NCBI GenBank assembly: GCA_037379345.1
Contig: CM074517.1
Span: forward strand, 17,112,001-17,176,000
DNA from: Perna viridis
Taxonomy: Eukaryota
DNA: 64,000 bases
Reading direction: 5' to 3'
Every line of letters begins with the position of its first letter. Position 1 is the stretch's first letter. This document shows, piece after piece, positions 1-13,480 of this stretch. The translations under genes were made by a program, and so were the position numbers. The notes beneath the pieces were generated by a model that was given only the letters and a program-made list of their open reading frames with translations, searched no databases and was not told the origin of the DNA.

Positions 1-3000
1 CTTCCTGTGTTTTCCTTTAAATCACTGTAAAATCTGTTTTTGCTTTTTTGTATCAGGATATAGATATTTAGTGACTATTAAACAATACTTGCTCAATGTA
101 GTGAAAATTGAGAAGAAAAGAGTGAAAAGATGCTTTTCAAGAAAAAAATTAAGTGTAGCTGAAAGATGGAGAAAGATTTTTGTTTCATTTTAAAATTTTC
201 TATTTGCATGAAAGATCATTTAATTTTTATTAACGTTTCTAAAATTCTGAGAAAAAGGGACTATTTTTTTTTATATATATATGAAAATCAATTGCAAGAT
301 CCTTTATTTAGAACCAATACTTGTACCTATCTGTAACTACATGTATCTATTTATAAGAAGTGTTTAAAGTACATATGTTAATTTGTGATCTCTTACGCCA
401 GTAGTCGATGTCGTTTTCGGTTATAAAAGTGTATGGTTTGATAAAGCACAGCCATCTACCTCCTACATATATGGAAGGATTATGTAAAGTACAAATTTGC
501 GTTGATATATGTAACATGATATTCTTGCACTGACTTAACGTGACTTTTTCACTTATAACTCTAGAGTTCTGTAATGTAATCTTCGTTCTTATTTCTTAAA
601 GATATGACAGTTAAACTCCAAATTTAACTGCTCAAATATTTACCAAGAATATATTGTTTAAGAAAAGTATTACTTCAACCATGTATTGACTGTATGATGT
701 AACATTAAATCCTTTTGCTAATTTTATGACTGCAAACTTTAGTGTTTTTTTCAAGGTATTGAAGGTTTTGGCAATACTCAGTCTGGTATATCTATCCAAA
801 TTGTTCTGACAGTTTAATTATTTTTTTAAGAACTTCTTGGCTTGGTTTCATGAACATTCACAAATTGAGATTTTCTCAAATCCTTCCTCAACTCCAATTT
901 CAACTCATCAAATTGCTCAAATAGGTAGATTTGTGGAAAAAACTCTAGAATTTCAGAAATCTCAGTTTATAATACCTGAAAAAATCCCAAAAGCCGTACC
1001 CCATGCCATGCATAGATACTTTTATTTGTGGTTATCAGATTTCTTGGTTTGTCATTTGTGGATTTTGAATTCATGGTTTGCATTATAGATTTTAATGAAA
1101 ATTTCATTTTTATCTACAAAAATTTGTTACTCATAATTATAAGTTCTGCTATAGCATCATATTTAAATCTTTACTTTTCCATCAAACTTGACTTGTACTT
1201 TATGCATATTGTTACAATGATGGTGACAATGTCATAAGAATTTGCGTATAGTCAATTTTATACACCAGTCTTGCGGCAATTGACAAACTTATTATAATGA
1301 GTGGTGGCTAAACTGCAATTACCTTGTTTTTCCACTCGTTTCACTTTTCTATGACAGAATTTTCAAATTCAATTGGAAGGAATGCTTAGAAATTTGGCAT
1401 GATGCTTTTGCATGATGACTTGTACCTCGTCTCCCCTTTCAAGATGTGACAGAAATGGTTAAGTGGACGTATTCTTACCATGACATAGCATGAAACATCT
1501 TGTTGTTTACTGCTGTTTGCATGTCTAAGCTTTTCTTACAATATCGCCAAAATGGGACATGAAACACTGTAAAAAGTGGGATGGTTGTTTTATTTACTTT
1601 TGTGGAGTATTTATTTTTTATGACCAGTTTCAATTCAAATGGAGTTTTATAATAAAATATTCTACAACCTATGTGGTGTGTTAAGACTTCCAGAAGTTTA
1701 GACACTTCACTATAGAATAAATTATTTTTTAAATGAATGCTTCACTCACTTGTAATGAGATTTTTCATGTTTTTAATCATTGATTTTTTTAAACAATTGC
1801 TGTATTATTTCCTTCAAAATATTTATAGATACTGTCTGCAATGTAGGCTCGGGAATAAATTTTTAAAGTGACATGTTGAAAATCTTTCATTTTACACAGT
1901 AATCATATTGATACTTTGACTTACACGAAGGATTTGATTAAAGTCTGCATTATACAAACTCATCCAAATAACAAAACTGGGGTAATTTTGTAATATTTTC
2001 AATATTGGTGTTATGAATTATCCGTACTGAAGAGATTTTCAAAACAAGTTCATGATCTAGTCATATGTTATTATGGTCTATAGTTTACCAGCCAGAGCTT
2101 CTAAATGTACATGAGATCTGTGTCACCCTTTTAAATATCACTCTTAGTGCTTATTAGTCAGGGTTTATAAATGTCCAAGAGGTCTGTGTTGCCCCACTGA
2201 ATACCACTTCTAGTGGCTAATGCAGTCTGTGGCTATTTAAAAGGAGGATCTTTCACCAATTTTAAAAATAGTAAGCTTCATGTTAAGGTCCTGGTCTCCA
2301 AATTCTCTTTTGTTCTATTAACCCATACTCTGCTTCTTGTGGCAGTTACAACTAAATATCAGTGTTTACCCTCATGTATAAACAAACAACATAAGGAATC
2401 AGTCATAGAAGTGGGTGCAATCTTATTAACTTTCACACTCGTAAGTGGGTTGGAGATCAGGTTAAATAGAACTACATGGATTGTGAGTTAGATATTTAGA
2501 TACACTAGTTTGTAAAACTGATGAACAGTAGATAGTTCATGAGAATTTCAGGACCTATGGAAATTAGTGAAATATAACTAACAATGGTCCAGTAAAGGGT
2601 GGCTGGTAACTTAACCTTTATCGTAAAGTTTGAAAACCTTAGAAAAAACTAGATTATGAAAAATATCCATTGCCAGCCCTCTTTTTTAAAATGCTATTTT
2701 CTTTTTAATATTCTTTAGAAGAGCTCATTAAACATGCAAAAAGTTCCTTACGGCTATAAAAAATCTAGAATTATTTTCTGAAACCCTTTTGGCCCCAGTA
2801 AATAGAAATTTTTAATGATGATATCAATGACATGAAGACCGTGTTATAGTAGATAGAATCTTCATAAACCAATTTGGCTTTTTGTCAACTAAAATATTGA
2901 GAAATGGGTTTTACGTCACTAAATGGCAGTATTTAAATCGATAATCAATCAAGGTGTGAATGGAAAAACAGTCATTTAAGGAAGAATTTCCCAGCTTTCT

Positions 3001-3616
3001 GATTGATTTCCTTACAGCATTAAATATTGTATAATAAACAGTTTCTTATTGTTAGTCCTACAAACGTAGGTGAGAAGATCACAGAGTTCACTGACTCTTT
3101 AAATGATTCTTTTTTGTTAACTTTACCCTTGAATAGTGCATTTCTAATGAAAATGTCACAGTTTTACATTTTTATAATGTTTCTTTACTTTTTATGACAG
3201 TACCACGTTTACCTACATGTATGTGAATGTTTTGTCTATTATGAAAAATTTTTTTAACGTAAAGAAACATGTTTATTCAATTGTGCCTCTTATGCCAGAA
3301 TATTGTTGGTACTCAAACAAATAGTCTACATTTATCATGAAATCTTTTTTTATTATTTTTTAAAAATTTTAAACAATATAGCGCCTACTACAAAGATTGC
3401 TTTTGTACTTACCTCCCTTTGACCACAAATTTATTTGTGAAACTGATTAGCTTGAATAACTGTTGCCTGTATCTTTTTGACTTCTATATTGATGATAGAG
3501 CAAAGAATGTTGTATGTATAAATTAAAAAAGAACAGAAATACTTTTTTGCAAATCCAAATGGGGGACTAATTCTGGAGTAATCTAAATTGTCATCATTGA
3601 GCTAGTGGTTTTGCCT

Positions 3617-3790
3617 TACAGTGGAACCTGTCTAAAATGAGCTCCTATTGAACTGAAGTTTTATTCATAATACAAAAGATTTTTGTCAACAGAGGTTCAA
3701 CTTGCATTTAAACTGACATATTTTTAAAGATTTTTGGTTTAGACAAAAGTATGGTTTATTTTGGGTCTGGTTTAGATAGGTTTAGCTGTA
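3617..3790. mobile_element. TA-flanked MITE (tacagtg...ctgta family)
   Basis: Imperfect terminal inverted repeats tacagtggaacctgtctaaa / tttagataggtttagctgta; related copy at 11479-11663. Confidence 0.6.
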
Positions 3791-4812
3791 GATATTGAAT
3801 TATGATTTCCAATTATTAAGTGTATCAAGACTTTTTATGTCATTTTACCAGTAAGTAACATGACATGACATGACTAGTCTGTAATATCTTCAGCTTTTCA
3901 GAGAACCCATAGTCATGTATTACATTGGTAGGTTATAAGGGTGTATAAGTATATCATAACTTAAAATTAATGTAGAGGTATTAATATTTACAATAGGATA
4001 TTTTAAATTTCAGTAACTTTTATTAAACCAGAGTTCATTAGAGCCATGTAACCAGTTTCTATGCATAATCCTTTTTGTCCTAGTAAAACTTTCAAGTCAA
4101 CTATTTTTACGAGATATTTTATTTTACAATAGGTATAAGCTCCTAATGCCATAATGTATTTGTATGTTCCCCTGGTGTCACTTTAACGACTTCATCTTTT
4201 GGGTCATTGATGAATATAAAACCCGTTTAAAACATATTAACCACTAAATTTTCTCTAATGGGATTGACAACCTACAAAGCACTTAAAGTGCCCGTTGTCA
4301 AATTCCTCTTCCTAGGTTTTTGTTTCCAAGCCGAAAAACATGCTCTGAAAAAGTTAGGCTAGCATTAAATTAATGTCTTTTATATTGTCGAGAATTTTCT
4401 CAGTAAGAAGATGTGGGCTGTTCTAGATTAAAGAATTTTCATCGTTTAGGATATTTTGGCTTCCTTAACAACTAATCTGTTCACAGAACTATCAACTTTC
4501 AGTTTCTCATCTTTTTGTATGGAAACAAAGAACTTTTTGAAACTTTCGCTTTGGTTTTGAAGGAATTAAGATAAATCTACAATCTGGACTTTCTCGGTCT
4601 TGTGTTGAATAGGGACATTATGTGAGTTCATGTTTGAACTTTGTTTTCTTCTGTGGATGGATTCTGATCATGTAACTATTAATAAGAGGTCTGTGATTAC
4701 GAAATTTGTGAAAAGATGTTCTAAGGGAGATAAATCAAATTGACAAAATTCTGAAAAAAAATCTTTTGATTTATCATTTCAGTCTTTCTGATATAGCTTT
4801 TTTTTTTATAAG

Positions 4813-5052
4813 ATTATTCTGTGAGTTTTGACAAATATTTCACAATGTTTGCAAAACCTGCTTGGTTATTTGATGATAACAAGTTTATAGATCCTGTACG
4901 GACACATTATAAACGTGTAAATTCTAAAGTTGAATTGATCCAGCAGGAGAAAAGTAAAACAAGCGACAAATGGCGGAACAGAAGTATCAGAATGATGCAT
5001 ATAGAGCCAGACCCTCCAACTACTGTCAAGAAATATATCTGGTGTCGCAAAT
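4813..5052 (+). CDS. Probable upstream coding exon of the DCLK-like gene (240 nt; ATG at 4845)
   Basis: Acceptor tttttttataag at 4812; open frame YSVSFDKYFTMFAKPAWLF...YIWCRK; donor t|gtaagt after 5052. It ends in phase 1, which is the phase needed by the exon at 22261 (t+ca = Ser, then RPHQHE). No homology support. Confidence 0.55.
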
Positions 5053-7119
5053 GTAAGTTTCTGGCCTTGAAGAAAACAAAATAGTCATACAGTAATTTAC
5101 ACCTAAATAGTGCAACTTTCATTATAAACTTTTTTTCTTCTCTGATTATCGATGATTTAAAATCCGACCAAAGTCCTAAATTTTTTGGGAAAGAATTTTT
5201 CACTTGTAAGTAAAAAGTGTATTGAGCCTACTGCCAGTATGGTTCTGATTCCTCCAAACACTTTTTTCACTGGGTAAAAAATTGTTTTTGTTTTGTCAAA
5301 AAAAAAAGGCTTACTGAGAGTTTTATGTACATTATTTTATGAGTTACATAAGGATGTATAGTTTTCAATAGGAAAGCTCATATATCCTCTGGTAAGATTT
5401 CAGTGTTTTCTAACACAGTTGAGCCTTGGGTCTGGAGGCTTCTTACTTGCATTCTAAGTGGTGTTAGATCTTTTTAAAGACTTTTAACTTGGTGTTTCTA
5501 AAAACTTTGATAATGAGGCAATTCAGTTTTGTAGTCCTGATTTTTTTCTTCTGTTTTAAGCAGAATTCTTTTTCTTATTTAAATCCAGTTCATGTAGTTG
5601 TGTTTTAAATGATTTTTTTGGTAGGATTAGATGTTAATGAATTTATTGTTGACTGCATTCGGAGCTAATATCTATGTGATATGTATTCTAAGTAAAAAAA
5701 TCAGTCAGTAAAATAATCCTGGATTTTTGAAACAGCTCGGTTGACAATACTGAAGTTTGAACGAGCCTACTGAAATCTTTTTGGTCAGATAAATTTTCTT
5801 TAAAGACAAGAGTTATTGCCCTTTGTCTATGTCTTATTTTAGTCAATTGTCTTGTAATGTCCAAACAAGGAGAATGACAGAATTTTTATTATCGCTGTTT
5901 TGTTCTTTTGATCTTGCTATACGATGATTTTCAATCTCACGCCAGTTTAATATGGGGCATTTGCCTTATGTTTTTTCTTGCTGGCTTGGTATCCTTGTCC
6001 TATAAACTGGAAGTTCTTTATTTAATTATTTTAGATATGACTAAATATCTTATTTACAGATTAGCTTATAATGAGTTCTTATACTAACCTCAGTAGACCA
6101 TGCCTAAAGAATTGTAAAGGTCCACTCTTTGAAATGAAGAGTCAGAAAAATAACCATTAGATTTGATAAGACCCCCTCCATGTCTTAAATTACACAAGAT
6201 GATTTTTATGGTTCAAACTTTTGACCATTTTATTCCTAAAAAAAAAATTAATCAATTGTTTTGTTTGTTCTTTTGGATTGTATACCATCCCTTGATATTG
6301 ATTGATTGATTATTGGGGTTTAACATCCGAGCAGAAATATTTCAGCTATATTCAGACAATTCATCCCTTAATACACTGGTTGATGTGATATCTTTTGTTT
6401 TTAAGTCTGTGTTACATACCAGTAAATCCTATCCCAGTACCAGTTCAGAAATATTGTGGTATTTTATATGATGTTGGTCCTATTCCAAAACAAGTACATT
6501 ATTTGGGAAGATGATGTCAGTTGTCCTTATTGTTTAGATGTATATACATGCATGAGAGCATTGCTGCGATTCCACAATAAGGTTTTCAACCAAACAATCA
6601 CTTAGAACTCTTTGGTTAGTTACTATCATATAGGGACGTCAACAGAATTTACGATTATTGATTCAATTGATCGAGATATGTATACCTGTTTATGTGTCTT
6701 GTTAAATGTTTCTTTGTAAAGTTTTATAATGGGTTTTTAGTCAAATAAATAAGTTAAAATTAGATATTGTTTGAACTGTGCAGTTGTATAATGCATGTTG
6801 CCATTGAATATTTGAGATAGCAAAATGGTGAGATGATCGATAAATAATCTATGTAGGGGCTTACAGGAAGGTTTCTGGAATTTTTTTTTACAACCTGAAA
6901 TTTGTAATCAAAACAAATGAAATAGATACCATTCTTAACCAACCCTGTCTGAACCATGTATCATCCATAATCTGTTTATGTTAGGTTTTTGTGCATCCAG
7001 AAGTATGTAAAAAGGATGAATCTGATCTAAAAGGTTATAAAAAGGGGAGTTCCAGGCTATGGTTTGTTAATTTTTGCCTTAATTTTGTACAAAATTAACA
7101 AAAGTTTCCAACAAATCTT

Positions 7120-7275
7120 CAAAACTCTACCCATTGATATGCCACTGATTTTGGAACCAAAACCTCTACCCATTGATGTGCCACTGATTTTGGAACCAAA
7201 ACTTCTACCCATTGATATGCCACTGATTTTGGAACCAAAACCCAACCCATGGATATGCCACTGATTTTGGAAAAC
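7120..7275. repeat. 39-bp minisatellite, about 3.5 copies
   Basis: ctacccattgatatgccactgattttggaaccaaaac repeated at 39-bp spacing. Confidence 0.9.
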
Positions 7276-9784
7276 TTGACCAAAACACCATTTGATGACT
7301 TTTGCAGAATATGGTATAAAAAATCTAAAACTTATTTATTAAATACCTTGAACCTGGTCTAAGCCAAATCCAGAATAAACCGAAAACCAGTACAATCCAA
7401 ACATAAACTGATGGAACTTCTTAACAGGGTATTCACTTTTAAACCTGTTTAAGCAGGCTCCTCTTTTTAATTGAACAAACATACTTGTGTCTATAAAAAT
7501 TTACATACCTACTGCACAGTGTATTCTAACTCCAAAATACCACATCTTACTAAAATCTAAATGGATGTAAAGCAGTTCCATGTCTTGAAATTGATGCCTT
7601 GTTATTAATATATTTTCCTTCAATTCATATACATCACAAAATCGTTAACCTGTATGAGTGGATAGGCTTTTATTTTTTCTAAATATGAAAGTGGTTTGGT
7701 CTGTACGGATTAAATTAATCATCATTCATGGTCCTATTTAAGGTAAAGTGACTGATTATAAAAATCACTATCCAATTCAAGTAGAAGGTACCATTATGAG
7801 TTCAAAATACTTTCATTTATCAAGATACAGATGAAATATGAGATTTGTCTATTAGTTTTCATGGCTTGCTTCATTTTATCATTCAATAACAATTGTCATA
7901 TTGTTAAGCTTTGAAGACCACATCATGTCAAGACATTATTATGGAGTACATTATTATTAATGAGTTTAATTCAAGATTTATTTTTGTCTCCCTAAAGATT
8001 TGCTTTTATTTTCTCTTGTTTGTTCAGAGTTCACAGTATAAAGTGAAGGCTGAAAGGTTTTGAATGTGGGTGATAATTGAAAATGGACTTAATATGAAAT
8101 GATGGTTGAAAATCGTTCTTTTACCAAAGAAGGAACATGGTTAACGTGGAATTGTTCATCGTTAGTTGTGTCACCGATTTTGTTTAGAGAATCTGGTTCC
8201 ATTTCTGGTAAGGAACTTGCTAATATCTTCTTAGTCAATGAAATGATAAAAGGGCTACTTACAATTTGTGTGCACAATTTTGTAAATGAGATCTACTCTT
8301 GACAGTACAAGTATTAGACACATATATTTGGATTCTAGTTTGCTTTCGTTAAAGTTTGGTAAACTTTACACAGTTACATTTGTCCACTCTCCAAAGAGCA
8401 AGTATCTATAAATAATGTGAAATATTGTAAATATCTTTTGTGTATTGATATTAATGGAAGTCAAATCCTTGCAGAGTTTGGGTCACATTGAGAGGCAGTG
8501 AGCTTGGTTGGATCTTAAAAGTAGTACTTGGCTTAGTTGTTTTTGTCTCATGTGGGATATAGTGAATCCATTATGGCCTTTCATCTCTCTTTGTCTTATG
8601 CTAGTGTTTTTTTGCCTGCTTCTCTTACAATTACATTGGAGATTCCAGTCTAATGGTAATCTTGTAACATTAGAGATCAGAAGTGGTAGATCATTTTAAG
8701 GGAAACTTGGTGCTAGACATTATGAATGTAGTCCTATTCCTTACCTGTGGCTATGTAACCTTCAAAGGCCAAAATAAATACATGGTTTATTTTTCCCCAA
8801 TCCCAACATACCAAGCCAAGTTTGGGTAAGTGGATAGGGCAAAATTTGTAAATAATGAAAATAATATTTGTCAATCTGGCAAGGCAGAAAGTTGGCATTC
8901 AATAAATACATGATAAATTTTGGCAATGATATACATTGAGATGCACTCTTTTTTATGTGTCAGTTAGGATTGGGGACACAAGCAATATTTTATTTTAGAT
9001 ATAAGATTTTGGTGTCTCTCATTTCTTCATAGTTTGGTATGTCAATGATAGTTTCTGCCCACCTCCAAATTATTTGTTTTTTCAGAATATGATCCTCATT
9101 TAATACCTTTGAAAATATATATGACTGCTGCAGGAACTATTTTAATAGGGTGCAAACAGAATATAAGATTTTATCAACTTTGGTGCGATGGTTTCAAACA
9201 ATGTAAAATTTTGTCACCCTTCAAAATCCCTCTAATTTTTGATTAGTTGATTAAAACCTTTAAACAGTTTAATCATTGAATCCAGTTGAAAAGGTATCCT
9301 CTATTATGGCCTCATGATTTTTAGATATTGTTTTAAATACAGTTGTATTTGGTTTACGATCAAATGATAAATTACTAACATGGGTTTGAACCATTAGTTT
9401 TTATCAGAACTTCTTCGTAATTTACCTTGGATACTCAATATGGATATACCATAAATCCTACCAAATCAATTTTTCACAAACATTACTCTTTTTGGAGATA
9501 ACAATGATTTCATAGGAATAATTCAAACATTGGAATAATGGTGAACCCGGTATCCCATTCCTGGCATGCTGGGTACATGGAACCTAGGGGTTACATCGAA
9601 AATCGCTTTCGTTACATGTGTGAGTATGATAAACAAATAGCATGTTTATTCTTTGAAAAGCTCTGATGTTTTGTCTTAGTCAATAAATAACATCATGTTT
9701 ATAGTTACACATCAGTTGTAAAAGATTTAAAGTTTGATATTTTTGTCACGATTTGACATTATGGTTACACTTTGACCATTGTTC

Positions 9785-11290
9785 ACACAGGCATCATGGC
9801 AACATGGTTAAACTGGCATCATGGTCACAATGGCATCATGATCTTACAGGCATCATGGTTAAACTGGCATCATGGTCACAATAGCATCATAATCATACAG
9901 GCATTATGGTCACAATGGCATCATGATCATACAGGCATCATGGTTAAAGTGGCATCTTGGTCACAATGGCATCATGATCATACAGGCATCATGGTTAAAC
10001 TGGCAACATGGTCACAATGGCATCATGATCTTACAGGCATCATGGTTAAACTGGCATCATGGTCACAATGGCATCATGATCTTACAGGCATCATGGTTAA
10101 ACTGTCATCATGGTCACAATGGCATCATGATCATACAGGCATCATGGTTAAACTGGCATCATGGTCACAATGGCATCATGATCTTACAGGCATCATGGTT
10201 AAACTGGCATCATGGTCACAATGGCATCATGATCATACAGGCATCATGGTTAAACTGGCATCTTGGTCACAATGGCATCATGATCATACAGGCATCATGG
10301 TTAAACTGGCAACATGGTCACAATGGCATCATGATCTTACAGGCATCATGGTTAAACTGGCATCTTGGTCACAATGGCATCATGGTTAAACTGGCAACAT
10401 GGTCACAATCGCATCATGATCTTACAGGCATCATGGTTAAACTGGCATCATGATCTTACAGGCATCATGGTTAAACTGGCATCATGGTCACAATGGCATC
10501 ATGATCATACAGGCATCATGGTTAAACTGGCATCATGGTCACAGTGGCATCATGATCTTACAGGCATCATGGTTAAACTGTCATCATGGTCACAATGGCA
10601 TCATGATCATACAGGCATCATGGTTAAACTGGCATCATGGTCACAATGGCATCATGATCATACAGGCATCATGGTTAAACTGGCATCTTGGTCACAATGG
10701 CATCATGATCATACAGGCATCATGGTTAAACTGGCAACATGGTCACAATGGCATCATGATCTTACAGGCATCATGGTTAAACTGGCATCTTGGTCACAAT
10801 GGCATCATGGTTAAACTGGCAACATGGTCACAATCGCATCATGATCTTACAGGCATCATGGTCACAATGGCATCATGATCTTACAGGCATCATGGTTAAA
10901 CTGGCATCATGGTCACAATGGCATCATGATCATACAGGCATCATGGTTAAACTGGCATCATGGTCACAGTGGCATCATGATCTTACAGGCATCATGGTTA
11001 AACTGGCATCATGGTCACAATGGCATCATGATCATACAGGCATCATGGTTAAACTGGCATCATGGTCACAATGGCATCATGATCTTACAGGCATCATTGT
11101 TAAACTGTCATCATGGTCACAATCGCATCATGATCATACAGGCATTATGGTCACAATGGCATCATGATCATACAGGAATCATGGTCAAACTGGCATCATG
11201 GTCACAATGGCATCAAGATCTACAGGGATCATGGTTAAACTGGCATCATGGTCACAATGGCATCATGGTCACACAAGCCTCTTGGTCACA
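9785..11290. repeat. Satellite array: 17-bp monomers, 51-bp trimer, 425-bp super-repeat
   Basis: ggcatcatggttaaact / ggcatcatggtcacaat / ggcatcatgatc(a/t)taca cycle; the same irregularity recurs 425 bp apart. Confidence 0.95.
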
Positions 11291-11478
11291 CTGACATCAA
11301 GTTTGCAGAGGCACACTGGTATCATCATACATAGCATATATAGTCACATAAGCATCATTTTCACACTTTGGAATTTCTTGGACATAGTAGTTTGAGTTGC
11401 ATTGTAACATCGAGAGAGGAACCTGTGTTGGATATGTGCATTTTTTTTGTTATTTCCATGTCAATAAAAGTAAAGCTG

Positions 11479-11663
11479 TACAGTGAAAATTGTGTAAACA
11501 AACCTCTCTGGGTCATTAAAACTGGTTTGGTTTTTCAGGTGGTCAGTTTACCAAGGTTTAAAATACATTAAAATTGATATAAAAGGACTTAACAAGTGAG
11601 AAGTGTTTGGTTAAGGTATGTTTTCCTATTTTCCAGGGTTTGGTTTAAATAGGTTCCACTGTA
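11479..11663. mobile_element. TA-flanked MITE (tacagtg...cactgta family)
   Basis: Ends tacagtgaaaattgtgtaaac / gtttaaataggttccactgta. Confidence 0.6.
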
Positions 11664-11929
11664 TAGGATATTAATGTATAGAATATATCTCATCATTATT
11701 CCAATAATATGACAAGAACATAATAACATGGTTTTTTTTGTTTTTTTTTTTTTTGTATCAATTTTATTAATCGTCCATTATGTAAATTTTCATTCTCTGC
11801 ATTTTGAAATCTAATTTTATTCTCATGGTTTGAAGTTTTATAATCAATTTATTTGCTTTGATCTCTCTTTCTAAGAGTTATTTTGGTAATATTGTGTTTT
11901 TTCTTGTGTACTTTTGGAAGTAGGCAAAG

Positions 11930-12200
11930 ATGGAGGAGTAATCAAGGGAACCAAGGTTATAGTGGTAATGAAAAGAATGTAATCCAGGGACAAAGACCAG
12001 ACATGGAAAACAGACATACACAACAAAGAACATAGACAACTAAAATCATACGTACAAAGTAACAAAAGCAAATGAGCAACTCGGACCCCACTAAAAACTG
12101 GGAGCATGGACCAGGTGCACCGGTAGGATAAGCGTCCTCTGCTTTTCTAGAAACACCTGCCGAGTTGTTCATAAAAAGTCAAGTCCGGGAAGTCATGATA
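11930..12200 (-). mobile_element. Interspersed repeat resembling an abundant bivalve element
   Basis: Minus strand reads gcagaggacgcttatcctaccggtgcacctggtccatgctcccagtttttagtggggtccgagttgctc, which resembles a common mussel/oyster repeat (recalled from memory, not searched); GC-richer than its flanks. Confidence 0.5.
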
Positions 12201-12379
12201 AGGGAAGGTCATTCATACAATCTATTATTAGGTTAGTATCCAGTGTTGCTTGGTGTTTTTATTTTAGAAAATAATTGATAACAGGCATAAATTTTGATAT
12301 TAGCCTTATAAGATCTACAAGTAAGATGAGTGGAAAAATTTTATCATGAAAAATTAATTGTGAAGTGTCTTTGCTTGGA

Positions 12380-12497
12380 CTTTTCACAAAAAATCGTATG
12401 TGTAAAATTAGTCGTAAGTTATGATGTCATAGTAAATAGAAGTATTGTGACATCATAACTTACGACTAATTTTACTCTTACAATTTTTTGTGAAAAG
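12380..12497. mobile_element. Palindromic (hairpin) MITE
   Basis: Arms of about 50 bp: cttttcacaaaaaat...aaaattagtcgtaagttatgatgtca / tgacatcataacttacgactaatttt...attttttgtgaaaag; second copy at 20168-20278. Confidence 0.8.
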
Positions 12498-13159
12498 GGC
12501 CACAGATTATTGAAGCAGGTACTGATTCATAGGAGTGGACCTAGAATTTGCCATGTATAAAATTGAGGAGAAATTATTGCTTCCCCATGAAATATTGATT
12601 TTTCAACAGTTGTACCCTCAATAATTTCTTGCTCACTTTACGTTTATTTTCCTTTATGCTTCCTTAACCTTATATGTTGGATCCATCCCAGTTAAAGTGT
12701 ATTATAAAGGTGTATTTCCAAAATGTGTAATATAAGATTACTGTACTAGTTATGGTTATTCATAACTACATATGCCAACTAATATTCAAATATGCTTATT
12801 AAAAACAGTCATGAGTAAGCATCTCTGCTTTGTGTAGATAAAGCAATCTAAAATCTTTCTGTTGGAAACCAGCTTTATCAGTTTTTGAAATATTTATCAG
12901 GGATAACACTCAAGACAGTTAAAATTTAGTGTCAATCCTGTGGTTATCTTTTACTTAAGACCATAGAAACTTGAAATTCCACGTGCATTTATATTAAAGT
13001 GCACCTGGCAATAAATAAAAAATTATAATGATTCAGTATGAATGAGAACATTTTACCAAGTTTATCACCGGAATTTTCTTTCTTTATAACTAGTTATGGT
13101 AAGAGTTAGACTCCTTTATTAATAATTTTGAACTATAACTATTTTGGCCTGAAAAAAAC

Positions 13160-13480
13160 TGCTTTTGTTGTCTTGGTGTAGCATGCTTGTCTTGGGTGCG
13201 GGAGGTCTCGGCTTTAATCCTTGCCCTTAACACACCAAAGAATTTGAAATTGGTAGTCACCAATTCTTAACCAAGAGGATAGATTGACAACTAGTTGGGT
13301 TGAAGTTAAAATAATGTGTCTGAGTGGGGAGGCATACCTATCAGTGGGCTGTTGCTTCTGTGAACTACTACAATAAGATACGGCTTAGCCTGTCAGACAA
13401 GTACAAAGCAAGGCAAACATTTTAGTCCTGAAATGCATGAAATATCTGCTATAGGTAATACAACTACAATTAATCAGTAG
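13160..13480 (+). mobile_element. SINE-like element
   Basis: Degenerate tRNA-like head; blocks tggtagtcac, ggcataccta, gcttctgtgaa, agtacaaagcaagg and tgaaatatct shared with 38735-39055, and the last two blocks shared with 28930-29145. Confidence 0.6.

Noticed and set aside
7057-7264. ORFs with LPIDMPLILEPKP repeats
   Set aside because: By-product of the 39-bp minisatellite.
9772-11395. His/Trp-rich repetitive ORFs of 125-205 aa as a metal-binding protein
   Set aside because: They follow from a 51-bp unit being a multiple of three. Frames switch at monomer deletions, two overlapping frames are open, and I saw no splice or signal-peptide support.
13160-13240. tRNA gene
   Set aside because: Only a degenerate tRNA-like head without a cloverleaf; it belongs to a SINE-like repeat.
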